Numbered from the stretch's first letter, positions 9,141 to 22,006 are shown. The stretch: 64,000 bases of DNA from an uncultured Acidobacteriota bacterium (GCA_963777605.1 CAVZRV010000007.1:768001-832000); one strand, 5' to 3'. The notes: generated by a model not told the origin, from the letters alone. Translations and numbers: made by a program.

Positions 9141-10153
9141 AGGCCAGGACCCTCCGCGAGATTGTGGGGAATCGCCACCTAGTGGACCTTCTGGTTCGGA
9201 GCGGCCTACCCCAGTCGGCGCTCTTCGAAGGACCTGAAGGAATCGGCAAGCGTACCATCGCAGCCCTGCTGGCCACGCGCGAAAACTGCCGGGACCCAAA
9301 ATCGGACGATTTGTGTGGGCGTTGCCCTTCCTGCACCAAGGCTTTTTCCGGTTTCCATCCCGACATCCGTTTTTACCCCGAGGTTGAGCCGGCCAATACG
9401 ATTGGGATCGATGACGTCCGCGGGCTCAGCCAGGAGGCCCAGTATCGCCCGTTCGAAGGCAGCCGGCGCGTGTTCATCATCGACCGTGCCGAACGGATGA
9501 CGCCGCAGGCGCAGAATGCGTTGCTGAAGACTCTTGAGGAACCGCCCGAGACATCTCACCTGGTCCTGGTTACGGGCTATCCCCAGCGGCTCCTCTCAAC
9601 CATTCGCTCCCGCTGCCAGCTAATCAGCTTCCGCCCACTGCATCGCAGAGAGATCGAGAACTTCTTGCGCGAGAAGAGTGAACTTCCCCACCCGGGGTTG
9701 CGCGCTTCCTTCGCAGGGGGGAGCCTGGGGACGGCTCTCGAGCTTGATCTGGATGCCCTCCTCTCGCGCCGTGACCGCGTCCTGAAGTTGCTGCAGGCGT
9801 GGTTTGCCGATGGAACTTTCGAAACCGTTTTCGCCCACACCGAGAGCCGGGAATGGTCGGGGTTGTTGAAGAAACGGGACGAAGTAACCTACCTGCTCGA
9901 CCTGTTGCAATCGGTTTGCTACGACGTCCATTTCCAGCTCGAAGGGACCCCCGGTCGAATCGTGAGTACCGACCGCACTTCCGACATTGAGGCCCTGGCT
10001 AATGAGGTTGACGATATCCGGCAGTTGCGTGCGCTGCTCGATGCCGTCGTCGAAGCCCGCCGGGATATTGACCGCTACGTCAACCCTCAAATGTGCTTTG
10101 AGACTCTCTGGCTTTCGGCCGCCCGAAAGCTCCAGGACTCTATCCTGCTCTGA
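9113..10153 (+). CDS. holB: DNA polymerase III delta' subunit
   Basis: GPEGIGK, Cys zinc cluster, HPD, QNALLKTLEEP, TIRSRC; tmk-holB synteny. Confidence 0.93.
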   Translation: MPDSATAALKARTLREIVGNRHLVDLLVRSGLPQSALFEGPEGIGKRTIAALLATRENCRDPKSDDLCGRCPSCTKAFSGFHPDIRFYPEVEPANTIGIDDVRGLSQEAQYRPFEGSRRVFIIDRAERMTPQAQNALLKTLEEPPETSHLVLVTGYPQRLLSTIRSRCQLISFRPLHRREIENFLREKSELPHPGLRASFAGGSLGTALELDLDALLSRRDRVLKLLQAWFADGTFETVFAHTESREWSGLLKKRDEVTYLLDLLQSVCYDVHFQLEGTPGRIVSTDRTSDIEALANEVDDIRQLRALLDAVVEARRDIDRYVNPQMCFETLWLSAARKLQDSILL

Positions 10154-10243
10154 CCAGGGCAGGAACCCGTTCTGAAAAGTCGCGGGTTCAAGGGCCAATG
10201 TGCGACGATCGTTTATACTGTGGTTTAAAGGCCCGAACAAGCG

Positions 10244-10924
10244 ATGCTCGAGATCATTACAGTTAAGTTACCCCAGGATAAGCGCCTCCTCGAATTCCTG
10301 GCTCACGACATTCCGCTTCGAGTCGGCGACCAGTGTGTTGTCACCACCGATCGCGGCGTCGAACTGGGGATCGTGACCAGGGGCAGACAAGCCGAAAACC
10401 TGGGCGAGTACAAGCTTCAAAAAGTTCTGCGCAAGGCTACCGAGCGCGACCTCTATCTCAACGAGAAAAAGCAGGAAAATGAGGAGTCCGCCTATCGACT
10501 CTGCCGCAAGCAGATCAAGGTGCGCGATCTCCCGATGAAGCTCTCCAAGGTAGAATACCTCTTCGACGGAAGCCGTGTCATTTTCTACTTTACGGCAGAC
10601 CACCGCGTCGATTTTCGCAACCTGGTGAAGGACTTGGCCCGGGAACTTAGAACCCGCATTGAGATGCGTCAGGTCGGCGCCCGGGATGAAGCACGCCTGA
10701 TCGGGGGATTGGGCAGCTGCGGTCGGGGCGAGAATTGTTCCAAACTCTTTCTACGTGAACTGGAGTCGGTCAGCGTTCGCACGGTCAAGAAACAGGGCCT
10801 TGGATTGAACCTGAATCGTCTCTCGGGGATGTGCGGACGCCTGAAGTGCTGCCTCAACTTTGCGGGTCCCAACGACCGTGAGGACGCTCACTGTTCTGAC
10901 GGTTGTTGTGACAGCGGGAACTGA
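10244..10924 (+). CDS. PSP1/RicT (YaaT-like) Fe-S regulatory protein
   Basis: FYFTADHRVDFR, RIEMRQVGARDEA, SGMCGRLKCCL motifs; follows holB. Confidence 0.88.
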   Translation: MLEIITVKLPQDKRLLEFLAHDIPLRVGDQCVVTTDRGVELGIVTRGRQAENLGEYKLQKVLRKATERDLYLNEKKQENEESAYRLCRKQIKVRDLPMKLSKVEYLFDGSRVIFYFTADHRVDFRNLVKDLARELRTRIEMRQVGARDEARLIGGLGSCGRGENCSKLFLRELESVSVRTVKKQGLGLNLNRLSGMCGRLKCCLNFAGPNDREDAHCSDGCCDSGN

Positions 10925-11380
10925 TCAGGGTGCTTCCGGACCAACTGGTTTTTCGGCAGCGCCTTTGTCAATCATTCGTCGCCGCAGTTTCTGGAACTTC
11001 TTCGTGTCGTTCGAGCCTGGATTGGCAGTCAGGAAGAGATCGCAGATGTGCAGTCCGTCCTGGTAACGATCCTGCTTTTCGTAAAGCTTGACCAGTTTCT
11101 CATATGAATCTCCCCACATCACATTAAAGTCAATCGCTTCCAGGTAGCGTGCTTCCGCCGCCTGGAAATTGCCCCGATTCGCGTAGTAGTCACCAATTTT
11201 GACGCTCTTCTTGGCCTGTTCCGGATCGTGCACCTTGATCTTCGCTTCGACCTCGTCGTCTTTTTTGTTCACCTCATCGCGAACGAGGACCGGTTTCCGG
11301 GACCTCGGGAGTTCCTGCGCCAATAATGCTGAGGGACTCAAAGCCAAAGCCGCCAATAGCACACACAAGTAAACATACAT
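10925..11380 (-). CDS. Secreted TPR-like protein (start uncertain)
   Basis: Signal peptide, helical TPR-like segment IGDYYANRGNFQAAEARYLEA. Confidence 0.65.
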   Translation of the reverse strand: MYVYLCVLLAALALSPSALLAQELPRSRKPVLVRDEVNKKDDEVEAKIKVHDPEQAKKSVKIGDYYANRGNFQAAEARYLEAIDFNVMWGDSYEKLVKLYEKQDRYQDGLHICDLFLTANPGSNDTKKFQKLRRRMIDKGAAEKPVGPEAP

Positions 11381-11413
11381 CTCAACCTGCCGAGCACTCA
11401 AGCTTATTTCCAG

Positions 11414-11442
11414 TTGTCAAATTCGGGTCCAAATGCTAGCAT
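11414..11442 (+). promoter_or_regulatory. Sigma70-type promoter for the hfq-like gene
   Basis: TTGTCA-17 bp-TAGCAT with TG extended -10. Confidence 0.55.
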
Positions 11443-11519
11443 AACAAATCAAAAGCAGCATCTCCTCGACTTCGCAGGTCGTATCAAATGTCAAGTTCGA
11501 ATTCAGGACAGATTCTCGT

Positions 11520-11873
11520 ATGGTAAATCGCAAGCTCATCCGCCCATCCCTGTCCGATTTGCGTGAGCAGGAACAGGCCAAATTTTCCCGAACTCAACGA
11601 AAACGTGTTCCTCCAGAACAGACCAGTGCCGAGGAATATTACTACCTCAAGCAGATGGCCAACAAAACCCCGATGGTCGTCTTCCTCCTCGACGGCGAAG
11701 TGATCCATGGCGTGATCGAGTGGTACGATCGGAACTGCATCAAGGTGAACCGCGAGACAGGCCCGAACATCCTGTTGCCAAAGCACTCGATCAAGTACAT
11801 GTACAAGGAGAATGAGGTCAAGGAATCCGACGATCAGGATCTCGGCTACGGGATCGATGATCCGGACGAGTGA
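11520..11873 (+). CDS. Hfq-family (Sm-fold) RNA chaperone paralog
   Basis: VFLLDGEVIHGVIEWYD (Sm1) and LLPKHSI (Sm2-like); basic N-terminal extension and acidic tail. Confidence 0.8.
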   Translation: MVNRKLIRPSLSDLREQEQAKFSRTQRKRVPPEQTSAEEYYYLKQMANKTPMVVFLLDGEVIHGVIEWYDRNCIKVNRETGPNILLPKHSIKYMYKENEVKESDDQDLGYGIDDPDE

Positions 11874-11896
11874 CCCGCCGGTTCTTTCCCTAAACG

Positions 11897-13369
11897 TTAA
11901 CCCAGCGCAAGCTCTGCGAGAGTCATGGCTCCGAAACCTCTCGGTCCGGGGCAGTCTTTTGCCGGGTCGAAAAGATCCATGCCAGCCATGTCGATGTGGC
12001 ACCAGGGCGTGTCTTCCACGAACGCCTCCAGGAACTTGGCGGCCGTCACAGCACCTCCCCAGCGCGATCCGACGTTCTTGATGTCTGCGATGAAGCTCTT
12101 GAGTTCATCGCCGTACTCGTCGTCAAGCGGAAGCCGCCAGAGCTTTTCACCTCCTCGAGTGGAGGCCTCTTCCAGCCTCCTGGCCAAGGCTTCATCGTTG
12201 CTGAAATAGCCGGCCCGAACGTGTCCAAGCGCCACCACGCAGGCTCCGGTAAGGGTCGCGAGATCGACGATCGCGCCGGGGGAGTAACGGTTCTTGGCGT
12301 AGGCGATTGCGTCCGCCAGAATCAGGCGGCCTTCCGCGTCGGTGTTGATAACCTCAATGGTCTTGCCGCTCAAGCTCTTTACTACGTCCCCCGGTCGTTG
12401 GGCACGCCCTCCCGGGAGGTTCTCAACCAAAGGCAGGATCCCCACCACCGGGTGTTCTGCACCCAGGCGGGAAACTGCGGAAACTGCCGCCAGCACTGCG
12501 CAGGCTCCTGCCTTGTCGCCCTTCATTTCCTCCATCGACTGCGAGGGCTTCAACGAAATGCCTCCGCTGTCGAACGTGACTCCTTTCCCGATCAGACAGA
12601 GTGGCTGATCGGGAACCTCTGCGCAAGCCGGTGTTTCAATGAGTGCAAGCCTTGGCGGTCGGCTGCTTCCCGAGCCTACCGCCAGAAGAGCTCCCATCTT
12701 CAACCGGCTGAGCTCCGCTTCATCCATGATGTGGACCCGACAGCCCGCCGCACCGGCAACGCGTGCTACTTCTTCCGCGAGTTCCGGGGGGCCGAGGAGA
12801 TTTCCCGGTTCGTTGCTCAGTCGCCGGGCCAGGTTCACCGCTTCCGCCAGCGCGAGGCCTCGACCGAGAGCCGGCTCGAGCCGGGCAGCGGACCCGTTCA
12901 GTCCAAACAACCGGACTTTCCCGACAGACGGGATTTCGGCATCCCGGGTCTTGTATGGGGAACTGTCGTAGCAGCCGAGAACAATTCCCTGCAGTACCCG
13001 GGCAGCAAACTCTTCCCCGGCCTGCAGGCCATCGAGGGCGACGCCCACCCTGTCGAGCCTGGCCGATCTGCAAGTCCTTACCAGGCGAATCACGGTCCTG
13101 CGCAGGCGGTCCGGATCGAGCGGTCCACTTCCGATACCTACAAGGATCGTTCGCTGCGCCGCGACCCCATCGAATCGGTGCAGGGTGAGAAATTCCGAAC
13201 CCGATCCCTTCCACTCTCCTGTCACCCTCAGGCGAGCCAGCAATTCGAGGATCTCAGCCGGAGTGCGGTCCGGTCCCCGCCTCTTTTCGTTGCCCAGTTC
13301 CAGGACCGGGAGGATCAGGAGATCACCGTCGAAATGCTCCCACCTGCCCGAATCGAGTGAATAATCCAT
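11897..13369 (-). CDS. pepA: Leucyl aminopeptidase (M17)
   Basis: GKGVTFDSGG, MKGDKAG, NTDAEGRL, DLATLTGA. Confidence 0.95.
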   Translation of the reverse strand: MDYSLDSGRWEHFDGDLLILPVLELGNEKRRGPDRTPAEILELLARLRVTGEWKGSGSEFLTLHRFDGVAAQRTILVGIGSGPLDPDRLRRTVIRLVRTCRSARLDRVGVALDGLQAGEEFAARVLQGIVLGCYDSSPYKTRDAEIPSVGKVRLFGLNGSAARLEPALGRGLALAEAVNLARRLSNEPGNLLGPPELAEEVARVAGAAGCRVHIMDEAELSRLKMGALLAVGSGSSRPPRLALIETPACAEVPDQPLCLIGKGVTFDSGGISLKPSQSMEEMKGDKAGACAVLAAVSAVSRLGAEHPVVGILPLVENLPGGRAQRPGDVVKSLSGKTIEVINTDAEGRLILADAIAYAKNRYSPGAIVDLATLTGACVVALGHVRAGYFSNDEALARRLEEASTRGGEKLWRLPLDDEYGDELKSFIADIKNVGSRWGGAVTAAKFLEAFVEDTPWCHIDMAGMDLFDPAKDCPGPRGFGAMTLAELALG

Positions 13370-13373
13370 GGTG

Positions 13374-13832
13374 TCAGCGTCTCCGCTTCATTTCCGCTTC
13401 AATTTCCCGTTCAACGACCTTGCGGCGAGCCGTCTCTCTCTTGTCGTAGAGCTTCTTGCCCTTGGCCAGGCCAATCTCCACCTTCACCTTGCCCTTGCTG
13501 AAGTAGAGTTTGAGAGGAACGATAGTCAGGCCTCCCTTGGTCACCTCTCCCATGAGCTTGTTGATCTCCCGCCGATTGAGGAGGAGCTTTCTCCGGCGTT
13601 CCGGATCATGGTTATGGATATTCCCGTGACTGTACGGACTTATGTGACAGCCCTCCAGCCAAACCTCCCCGTTCTCGACCCGGGCAAATCCATCCTTGAA
13701 ATTCACCCGATGCTCCCTGATTGACTTCACCTCGGTTCCAAGCAGTACTAGCCCTGCCTCGAACCGTTCCAGGATCTCGTAGTCGTGAAAGGCTTTCTTG
13801 TTTGTTGCCACTACTTGGACTGCCAACACCAC
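13374..13832 (-). CDS. smpB: SsrA-binding protein
   Basis: [30 protein letters not shown]. Confidence 0.97.
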   Translation of the reverse strand: MVLAVQVVATNKKAFHDYEILERFEAGLVLLGTEVKSIREHRVNFKDGFARVENGEVWLEGCHISPYSHGNIHNHDPERRRKLLLNRREINKLMGEVTKGGLTIVPLKLYFSKGKVKVEIGLAKGKKLYDKRETARRKVVEREIEAEMKRRR

Positions 13833-13869
13833 ACCTCAGTCAATTGCTTTGCCAGGGTAAAGCTTCATG

Positions 13870-14994
13870 TTAGCCAACGCCCGGATCGCGAAGCAAACGC
13901 AGGTAGGCATCGCGTGTCGCCTGTAGTTTCTGGCACTGGGTGAACTGGGACTCAATTCGTCGATGCCCCGCTTCCCCGAATTCATGGCGCGCGTCGAGGT
14001 TGCAGAGCAGGGTTTCCAGAGCCTGGGCCAGGCTTTCAGGATCCTCCGGCTCGACAAGGTAGCCGGTTTCTCCATTCAAGACCAGTTCCGGGATTCCGCC
14101 GACGGTAGTCGAAACGACCGGCAGCCCAAAAGCCATGGCCGCCAGGATGGCCGAACTCAGCCCTTCCGAGAGGGAAGGCAGGCAGAAGATGTCGAATTGC
14201 TTCATCAAGGCGTCACTGTCCGGTCGAAAGCCAGTGAACATCACCTGTTCGGTCAACCCGAGTTCGCCCGCAAGGGTCTCCAACATTTCTCTCAACTCAC
14301 CGCCACCCACAATGACGAGCGAGAAGTCGAGCTTTTTCTCCTTCAGCATCCGTGCTGCCCGAAGAAGGGTGACATGTCCTTTCTCCATGCTGAGGTGGGC
14401 GACCGTGCCGATAATGGGCCCCTTCAGGGCAGGAGGAAGGCGATAGTCGGTCTGGAGTGCGTCAACCGTTGCCAGATCTACCCCTTCGTAAATGACTTCC
14501 ACCAGTTCCGCGTGCACTCCCAGGTTCACCAGCGTTGCCCTGATACTGGCCGAGACGGTAAAGACGCGATCGAGCAGAAGGTTGTACTTGAGAACGCTGA
14601 GTCGTGTCTTGAGCGGGAAATTGACTCGGCGCGAGGCCACCATCACCTTGACTCCGACCAATCGCCCAGCCAGGCATCCCACCAGGATTGGCTTGGGAGT
14701 ATTGAAGTGGAGAATTCCGCAGCCGGTCCGGCGAAGCAGCCCGAGAAATCGGAAGAACGCGGATATGCTCAGTTCGAATCGCTGGGGGAAATCAACGACT
14801 TCTATGCCCTCGTCCCTGGACCGCCGGCCGAGCGGAGAACCGGCTGGCGTAGCCAGGGCGATCCGGATTCCCAGCCGCTGCATGCCCAGCATCAAGCCAA
14901 GAAGCTGCTCCTGACCGCCTCGCCAAACCGTTTCAGTATCGACATAGAGGATCTTGACCTTGGGAAATGGGTCGGTCACACCTTCAACGCTCAA
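13870..14994 (-). CDS. Glycosyltransferase family 4 (start approximate)
   Basis: WRGGQEQ, KGH, PSLSEGLSSAILAAMAFG, GGIPELV GT-B motifs. Confidence 0.9.
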   Translation of the reverse strand: MSVEGVTDPFPKVKILYVDTETVWRGGQEQLLGLMLGMQRLGIRIALATPAGSPLGRRSRDEGIEVVDFPQRFELSISAFFRFLGLLRRTGCGILHFNTPKPILVGCLAGRLVGVKVMVASRRVNFPLKTRLSVLKYNLLLDRVFTVSASIRATLVNLGVHAELVEVIYEGVDLATVDALQTDYRLPPALKGPIIGTVAHLSMEKGHVTLLRAARMLKEKKLDFSLVIVGGGELREMLETLAGELGLTEQVMFTGFRPDSDALMKQFDIFCLPSLSEGLSSAILAAMAFGLPVVSTTVGGIPELVLNGETGYLVEPEDPESLAQALETLLCNLDARHEFGEAGHRRIESQFTQCQKLQATRDAYLRLLRDPGVG

Positions 14995-15787
14995 GCCTGG
15001 ATCCCCTTTCCCGGCTCCATTCAGGCGGACCTGCGACTCCGCCTGACTGAAGCTCACGCAGCCGCATCAACCGGAAAAAGACCGAGGCCGCTGCCATGAT
15101 CGAAACGACAAAGCCCGGGAAACCGTCGAGAAAGCCTGCCCGCAAGAGATAGTTCTTCAGAAAAATCAACGGGGGGCTCAGGACAATCCGGCCAAGCCCA
15201 GCCTGCCGCCCCCGCTCCTGCTGATCGGCTGCCGCCAGGCTGGTAAACCGGGCCAACTGCTGCAGGTATTCTGAGATCGTCGAGTAGGTGAAATGATGAA
15301 TGTGGTTTCGAAATTGCCCCACCGGACCACTTGCCCGGAAGCCCTCATGAACCCGTCCCCCGGACCACTCCCCGCCATCCTTCCGAAACAGACGAACCTG
15401 CCAGTCGGGATACCACGTGGTGTGCCGGATCCAGCGGCCCATGAACCAGGTCAACCTGGGTATCCGGTAGGCGTCGCACTCCGGCTGGCGACTTTTCCAC
15501 TGCCTGATCTCATCCTTTAGTTCTTCACTCAGGCACTCGTCAGCATCCAGGCTGAGAACCCAGTTGTGCTGAGCAAGAGTCGTGGCATACGCTTTCTGAT
15601 CGCGATAGCCCAACCACGGTTGTGGGATAACCCGGGCCCCAAACCGGAGGCAGATTTCGGAAGTTCGGTCTTCACTGCCGGAATCGACGACTACGATCTC
15701 GTCACAAACCTCGGCCAGACTCGCCAGTGCTGCGGCGACCTTTTCTTCCTCATTAAATGTAATCACGACCCCGGAGAGCTTTCTCAC
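14984..15787 (-). CDS. Glycosyltransferase family 2 (WaaE/KdtX-like)
   Basis: ITFNEE, VDSGSEDRT, LDADE, YPDWQVRLF, VHE, GFLDG. Confidence 0.9.
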   Translation of the reverse strand: MRKLSGVVITFNEEEKVAAALASLAEVCDEIVVVDSGSEDRTSEICLRFGARVIPQPWLGYRDQKAYATTLAQHNWVLSLDADECLSEELKDEIRQWKSRQPECDAYRIPRLTWFMGRWIRHTTWYPDWQVRLFRKDGGEWSGGRVHEGFRASGPVGQFRNHIHHFTYSTISEYLQQLARFTSLAAADQQERGRQAGLGRIVLSPPLIFLKNYLLRAGFLDGFPGFVVSIMAAASVFFRLMRLRELQSGGVAGPPEWSRERGSRLER

Positions 15788-16840
15788 CGATATTCCGGAT
15801 GGTTTTCGATTACTTCACGCTGATTATAGTAGACACGAATCGGCGCTTTTGAATAGAAATCGTCCAGCAACTTCCGCACTTCCTGATCGGTTCTCCGGGA
15901 CGCGGCCCGTTCCGACCGCCTCAACCGGATTGCTTCACTCCAGTGCCCGAGCGCCGAAGCCAGGGCGCGGTAGAAATCAAAATCGAGTAGCCAGGAATCG
16001 GGTACCGGACAAAACCACCAGCATCAGGATGTGCCGGAGCAGAAAACTTGGACTGTGCAGGTTCACCCAATGGAAAAGCAACCGGTTGCGCAGCGACAAT
16101 CGCTCCACGGTCCGATTGCGGTAATGCCTGTCGATGGTGGTACTCGTCCGGTGACGGGCCCGGCTTCGCGGTTCATAGAGGATGAGCCATCCCCGCTTCC
16201 ATCCTCGATAGGAGAGATCGACGTCCTCCCAGTGGAAGGGCGACAGAAGTTCCAGGAATCCGCCCAACTGGGCAAGTTTCTCCCGGTCGAACGTGGCGAA
16301 CCCGCCGATTGCGTAGAACGAAAACAGGCGGTTGCCTTCGCGAGAGGGATCCAACTCGGACTCGGTCAAGTCGTAATTAAAATAGACACTCCAAAAGCCC
16401 CTGCGGAACCGCCCGTAGCGCCCTCCAGTCGTGAAGATCGGGGCGTCCCACTCGAAGACCTTTGCCGTTACGGCGAACACCTCGGGATCACTGAAATGCT
16501 CGGCCATGTAGACGAGGTAGTCCGGCTCAACCTGGACGTCGTTGTTGAGAAGAGCAACCAGTTGATGGCGAGCTTGGGCAAAACCGAGGTTGCAGGCTCC
16601 CGCAAACCCCCGGTTGGTCCCTCCGCGCACCAGAATGGCGGAGGGGAATTCATTGGGGAATGAGTCGGCCGTGCCGTCGGTACTTCCGTCGTCCACCACG
16701 ATCAATTCGGTTTCCGCTCCGAATTGATCCCGGTAGCGCTGCATCGCCTCCAGGACCGAGGGCAGGCTCTCCCGAAGGAGATCGAGTCCATTCCAGGATG
16801 GGACCACGACGCTGATCGAAGGGCCGGGTACCTTTGGCAC
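15784..16840 (-). pseudogene. Glycosyltransferase family 2 with a +1 frameshift near 15990 (real or assembly error)
   Basis: VVDDGSTD, GFAGACN, LLNND, EDVDLSYR; the ORF stops at 15977 but the next frame continues LLDFDFYRALASALG...HPEYR* to a TGA overlapping the next gene's GTG start. Confidence 0.8.
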
Positions 16841-16889
16841 CCGGCCCGTGGTTTGGTTAACGATAGTCTTGTCCGTGGAGAGAGATCGA

Positions 16890-19173
<2,284 letters not shown>

Positions 19174-19369
19174 GGATCTGAATGTTGACAGAGGCGGCCT
19201 CGGCTGTCAACAAAGGAGACCCCTCTGCGCTCTTCAATCAGGATGGTCTAAACATCTAATAAAAATAGACTTGAGCGTATTGCAATCAGGAGTTCGGAAG
19301 GCCTGGTCCAGCCGCTCGGTGAAGGTCCGTCGCCCCCCTTTGGAAAGGGTTCTGATTCGCCCCGGTGGA

Positions 19370-20326
19370 CTACTGATTCTGCCGCTTTATGCGCTCCTGG
19401 ACCCTGCTCACACTCTGCTTGAGCGACGGATCCGGGTGGAGGCGTAATGCCTCCTGGTAGTTCTTGAGGGAATCGGCATAGCGCTTGTCGAGTTCGTAGA
19501 TATATCCCAGCCGGTTGAAGGTCTCCCATTTGGAGGGAAGCAACTGGGCGCTCTTGTGAAAAGCCTCTTCGGCTTTCGCCCGATCGTCCGCGAAGAGCCG
19601 GGCCAGGCCAAGGTTATACCATGCCTCTCCGTCGTCCGGATGGGCACGCACGAACTGGGCCAGGGCCGTCGCGGCTTCCCTGTAACGTTTCTCTCCGAGA
19701 GCCACTAGAGCTTCCTGGTATCCAACCCTGTCCAGATACAGTTTCGCCTGCTGGTTTGACGGCTGAAGAGCAACCGCCTGTTCCAGGTACTTCCGGGCCT
19801 CGGAGAACTTGCCGATGTTCAGGTAGGCCAAGCCCAACTGGAGCACGTCAGTGTACTCACCCCGTTGGATCGTTACGGCCTTCTCCAGATCGGCGAGAGC
19901 CTCCGCATAACGCTGGGCATTGTAATTAGCCGAGCCCCGCAGGTGATACAACTGGTATCGTTCTTTCGGGGAACGAGCCAGGTGTTCTGCACGAAGAAGC
20001 GTCGCGACGCAGTCCTGATAGCGGCCCAGGTTGAATTCCGCTATTGCAGCTCCCATTAAATCAACCAGGCTCTCAGGATCGAGTTCGGCCGCTTTGTGAA
20101 AGGCTTTTGACGCCTTGTCGAACTCTTTCAGCTTCAGGTAGCTGTCGCCCAGTACCCGGTACCCGGCTTCGTACTCGGGGTTGCTCTTGACCAGTTCCTC
20201 AAACTCCTCGATCGCCTTGGCAAACTGTCCCTGCTTGTAGTACGAGAAACCCTTCTGGAAATCCCCTTGCGCCCACACCGATCCCGGGAAGAGGAGAATT
20301 GCCAGGACTGGGAGTAATCGCCTCAT
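19370..20326 (-). CDS. Periplasmic multi-TPR protein
   Basis: Signal peptide (VWA-Q) followed by repeated TPR units. Confidence 0.85.
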   Translation of the reverse strand: MRRLLPVLAILLFPGSVWAQGDFQKGFSYYKQGQFAKAIEEFEELVKSNPEYEAGYRVLGDSYLKLKEFDKASKAFHKAAELDPESLVDLMGAAIAEFNLGRYQDCVATLLRAEHLARSPKERYQLYHLRGSANYNAQRYAEALADLEKAVTIQRGEYTDVLQLGLAYLNIGKFSEARKYLEQAVALQPSNQQAKLYLDRVGYQEALVALGEKRYREAATALAQFVRAHPDDGEAWYNLGLARLFADDRAKAEEAFHKSAQLLPSKWETFNRLGYIYELDKRYADSLKNYQEALRLHPDPSLKQSVSRVQERIKRQNQ

Positions 20327-20331
20327 GTCGG

Positions 20332-20772
20332 TTACTGAAAGTAGCCCAGCGCCTTCCACCGGGCAATTTCGGATTCCGTGGGGATTGACACGTTATTCAC
20401 TTGAAGCTGCCGGAGGAGGTCGAAGACATCGATCATGACGAAGTAGGGCACGTCCGGCATCGTCTGGATGATCACCGGCTTCTCGGGATTCTGTTCCATC
20501 TTTGACTGCACGTAGCCACCCATCTCCGCGAGCGTCATCGGCACTCGGTCAACCTGAAACTGGCCGTCCCCGACGATCTTGATGTGAATGGCCTCTTCCG
20601 GCTGCACGTTCAGCTCGGTCGGGTCGTCTTTCGGGAACTGAAATCGAAGTCCTTGATTGGTCGTGTATACGGCCGTCAGCATGAAGAAAACAATCAGCAG
20701 AAATGCAATATCCGCCATCGAGGAGGTCGGCACTTCGGCAGTCCGTCGCAAACGTGATCTTCGCGCCGCCAT
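20332..20772 (-). CDS. ExbD/TolR family protein
   Basis: SMADIAFLLIVFFM transmembrane segment with conserved Asp. Confidence 0.9.
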   Translation of the reverse strand: MAARRSRLRRTAEVPTSSMADIAFLLIVFFMLTAVYTTNQGLRFQFPKDDPTELNVQPEEAIHIKIVGDGQFQVDRVPMTLAEMGGYVQSKMEQNPEKPVIIQTMPDVPYFVMIDVFDLLRQLQVNNVSIPTESEIARWKALGYFQ

Positions 20773-20773
20773 G

Positions 20774-21214
20774 CTAGCCTCCGTTTTCCTTCTTGATCGG
20801 CTCGGGCCTGGTCAGCAACCCGATCCGCTTGGCTCCATTCTTCCTGAGGGCGTCCAGAACCTGATCGATTGACTGGTAGCGCGCCTCTCGATCAGCCTTC
20901 ACGACAAACTCCTTGCTCGGGACCAGAGCGATAATCTCCTTCACAAGGTTGCCCAGCTCTTCCGGCCCCGAAAGAGCAACCGATTCCTCTTCTCCGGTCG
21001 TGAACTTGATCTGGCCGTCCTTGGTGACGGCAATAATCGCGGCTTCCTTGTTCACTTCAGCCTGCGTGATCGATCTGGGCAGTTGAACGCTGGTACGTTC
21101 CGGCGAGAAAGAGGTCGTCAGCATGAAGAAGATGATCAGAAGGAACGCAATATCAGCCATCGACGCCGTCGGCACCGTCGGTTGAATTGTCGAAACCTGC
21201 TCCCTCAGCTTCAT
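20774..21214 (-). CDS. ExbD/TolR family protein
   Basis: SMADIAFLLIIFFM; KADREARY. Confidence 0.9.
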   Translation of the reverse strand: MKLREQVSTIQPTVPTASMADIAFLLIIFFMLTTSFSPERTSVQLPRSITQAEVNKEAAIIAVTKDGQIKFTTGEEESVALSGPEELGNLVKEIIALVPSKEFVVKADREARYQSIDQVLDALRKNGAKRIGLLTRPEPIKKENGG

Positions 21215-21867
21215 GCGGCTTCCGTCGTGTCCCCTTCGACCTCGATCTCGTTGAAGGTCTCGAGCAGCACCGAGGAGCTGATTTCCATATCCAGGGCAAA
21301 CTGCGAAACCCTATTGTTAAAGTAGTTGTAGGCCGCCTGGACGGGCAGAGCGATCATGAGACCGGTTGCAGTCGTGATCAGTGCTTCCGAAATACCACCT
21401 GCAACCGCCTCCGGGTTGCCGAGACCGACTTCCGCCAAGGCCTCGAAGGACCCGATCATACCGGTTACGGTGCCGAGAAAGCCGAAAAGAGGAGCGATGT
21501 TTGCAACGGTAGCCAGTATCCAGAGCCCTTTTTCGAGCTTGGACACCTCGTGCAGGGCAACACTCTCCATCGCCTTCTCTATTTCCTCGTGAGATTTTCC
21601 GAACCGAAGCAGCCCGGACTTCAACGTAATCGCGACCGGGTGCTCAAAGCCTTCACAAATCTCGATGGCACGTCGGAGTTGACGATCCAGAAGGGACTCA
21701 CGAACTTCGGACACGATTTCCGCTGTTTCGCCCTTGATTCGGTAGTAGGCAATGACCCTCTCAACGATAAAGACCACACCCAAAATCGAGCAGGCGAGCA
21801 ACGGCCACATCATAAAACCGCCCTGCGAAAAATATCTCCAGAGCGGCCCGCCAATAGCTATCAACAA
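21211..21867 (-). CDS. MotA/TolQ/ExbB proton-channel protein
   Basis: APLFGFLGTVTGMI, GISEALITTATGL. Confidence 0.93.
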   Translation of the reverse strand: MLIAIGGPLWRYFSQGGFMMWPLLACSILGVVFIVERVIAYYRIKGETAEIVSEVRESLLDRQLRRAIEICEGFEHPVAITLKSGLLRFGKSHEEIEKAMESVALHEVSKLEKGLWILATVANIAPLFGFLGTVTGMIGSFEALAEVGLGNPEAVAGGISEALITTATGLMIALPVQAAYNYFNNRVSQFALDMEISSSVLLETFNEIEVEGDTTEAA

Positions 21868-22006
21868 ATTGCTACCCTCCAGCTGACGTTCAACACGACC
21901 AGTTCAGCGCCTTTGACTCGGCACTTGTTATCTTAGACGGCGAAAAGGCTTCAAAGTGATCAAATTAACAGAAAATCCGAAATGAGTGCAAAAACGGGCG
22001 GGCGGG

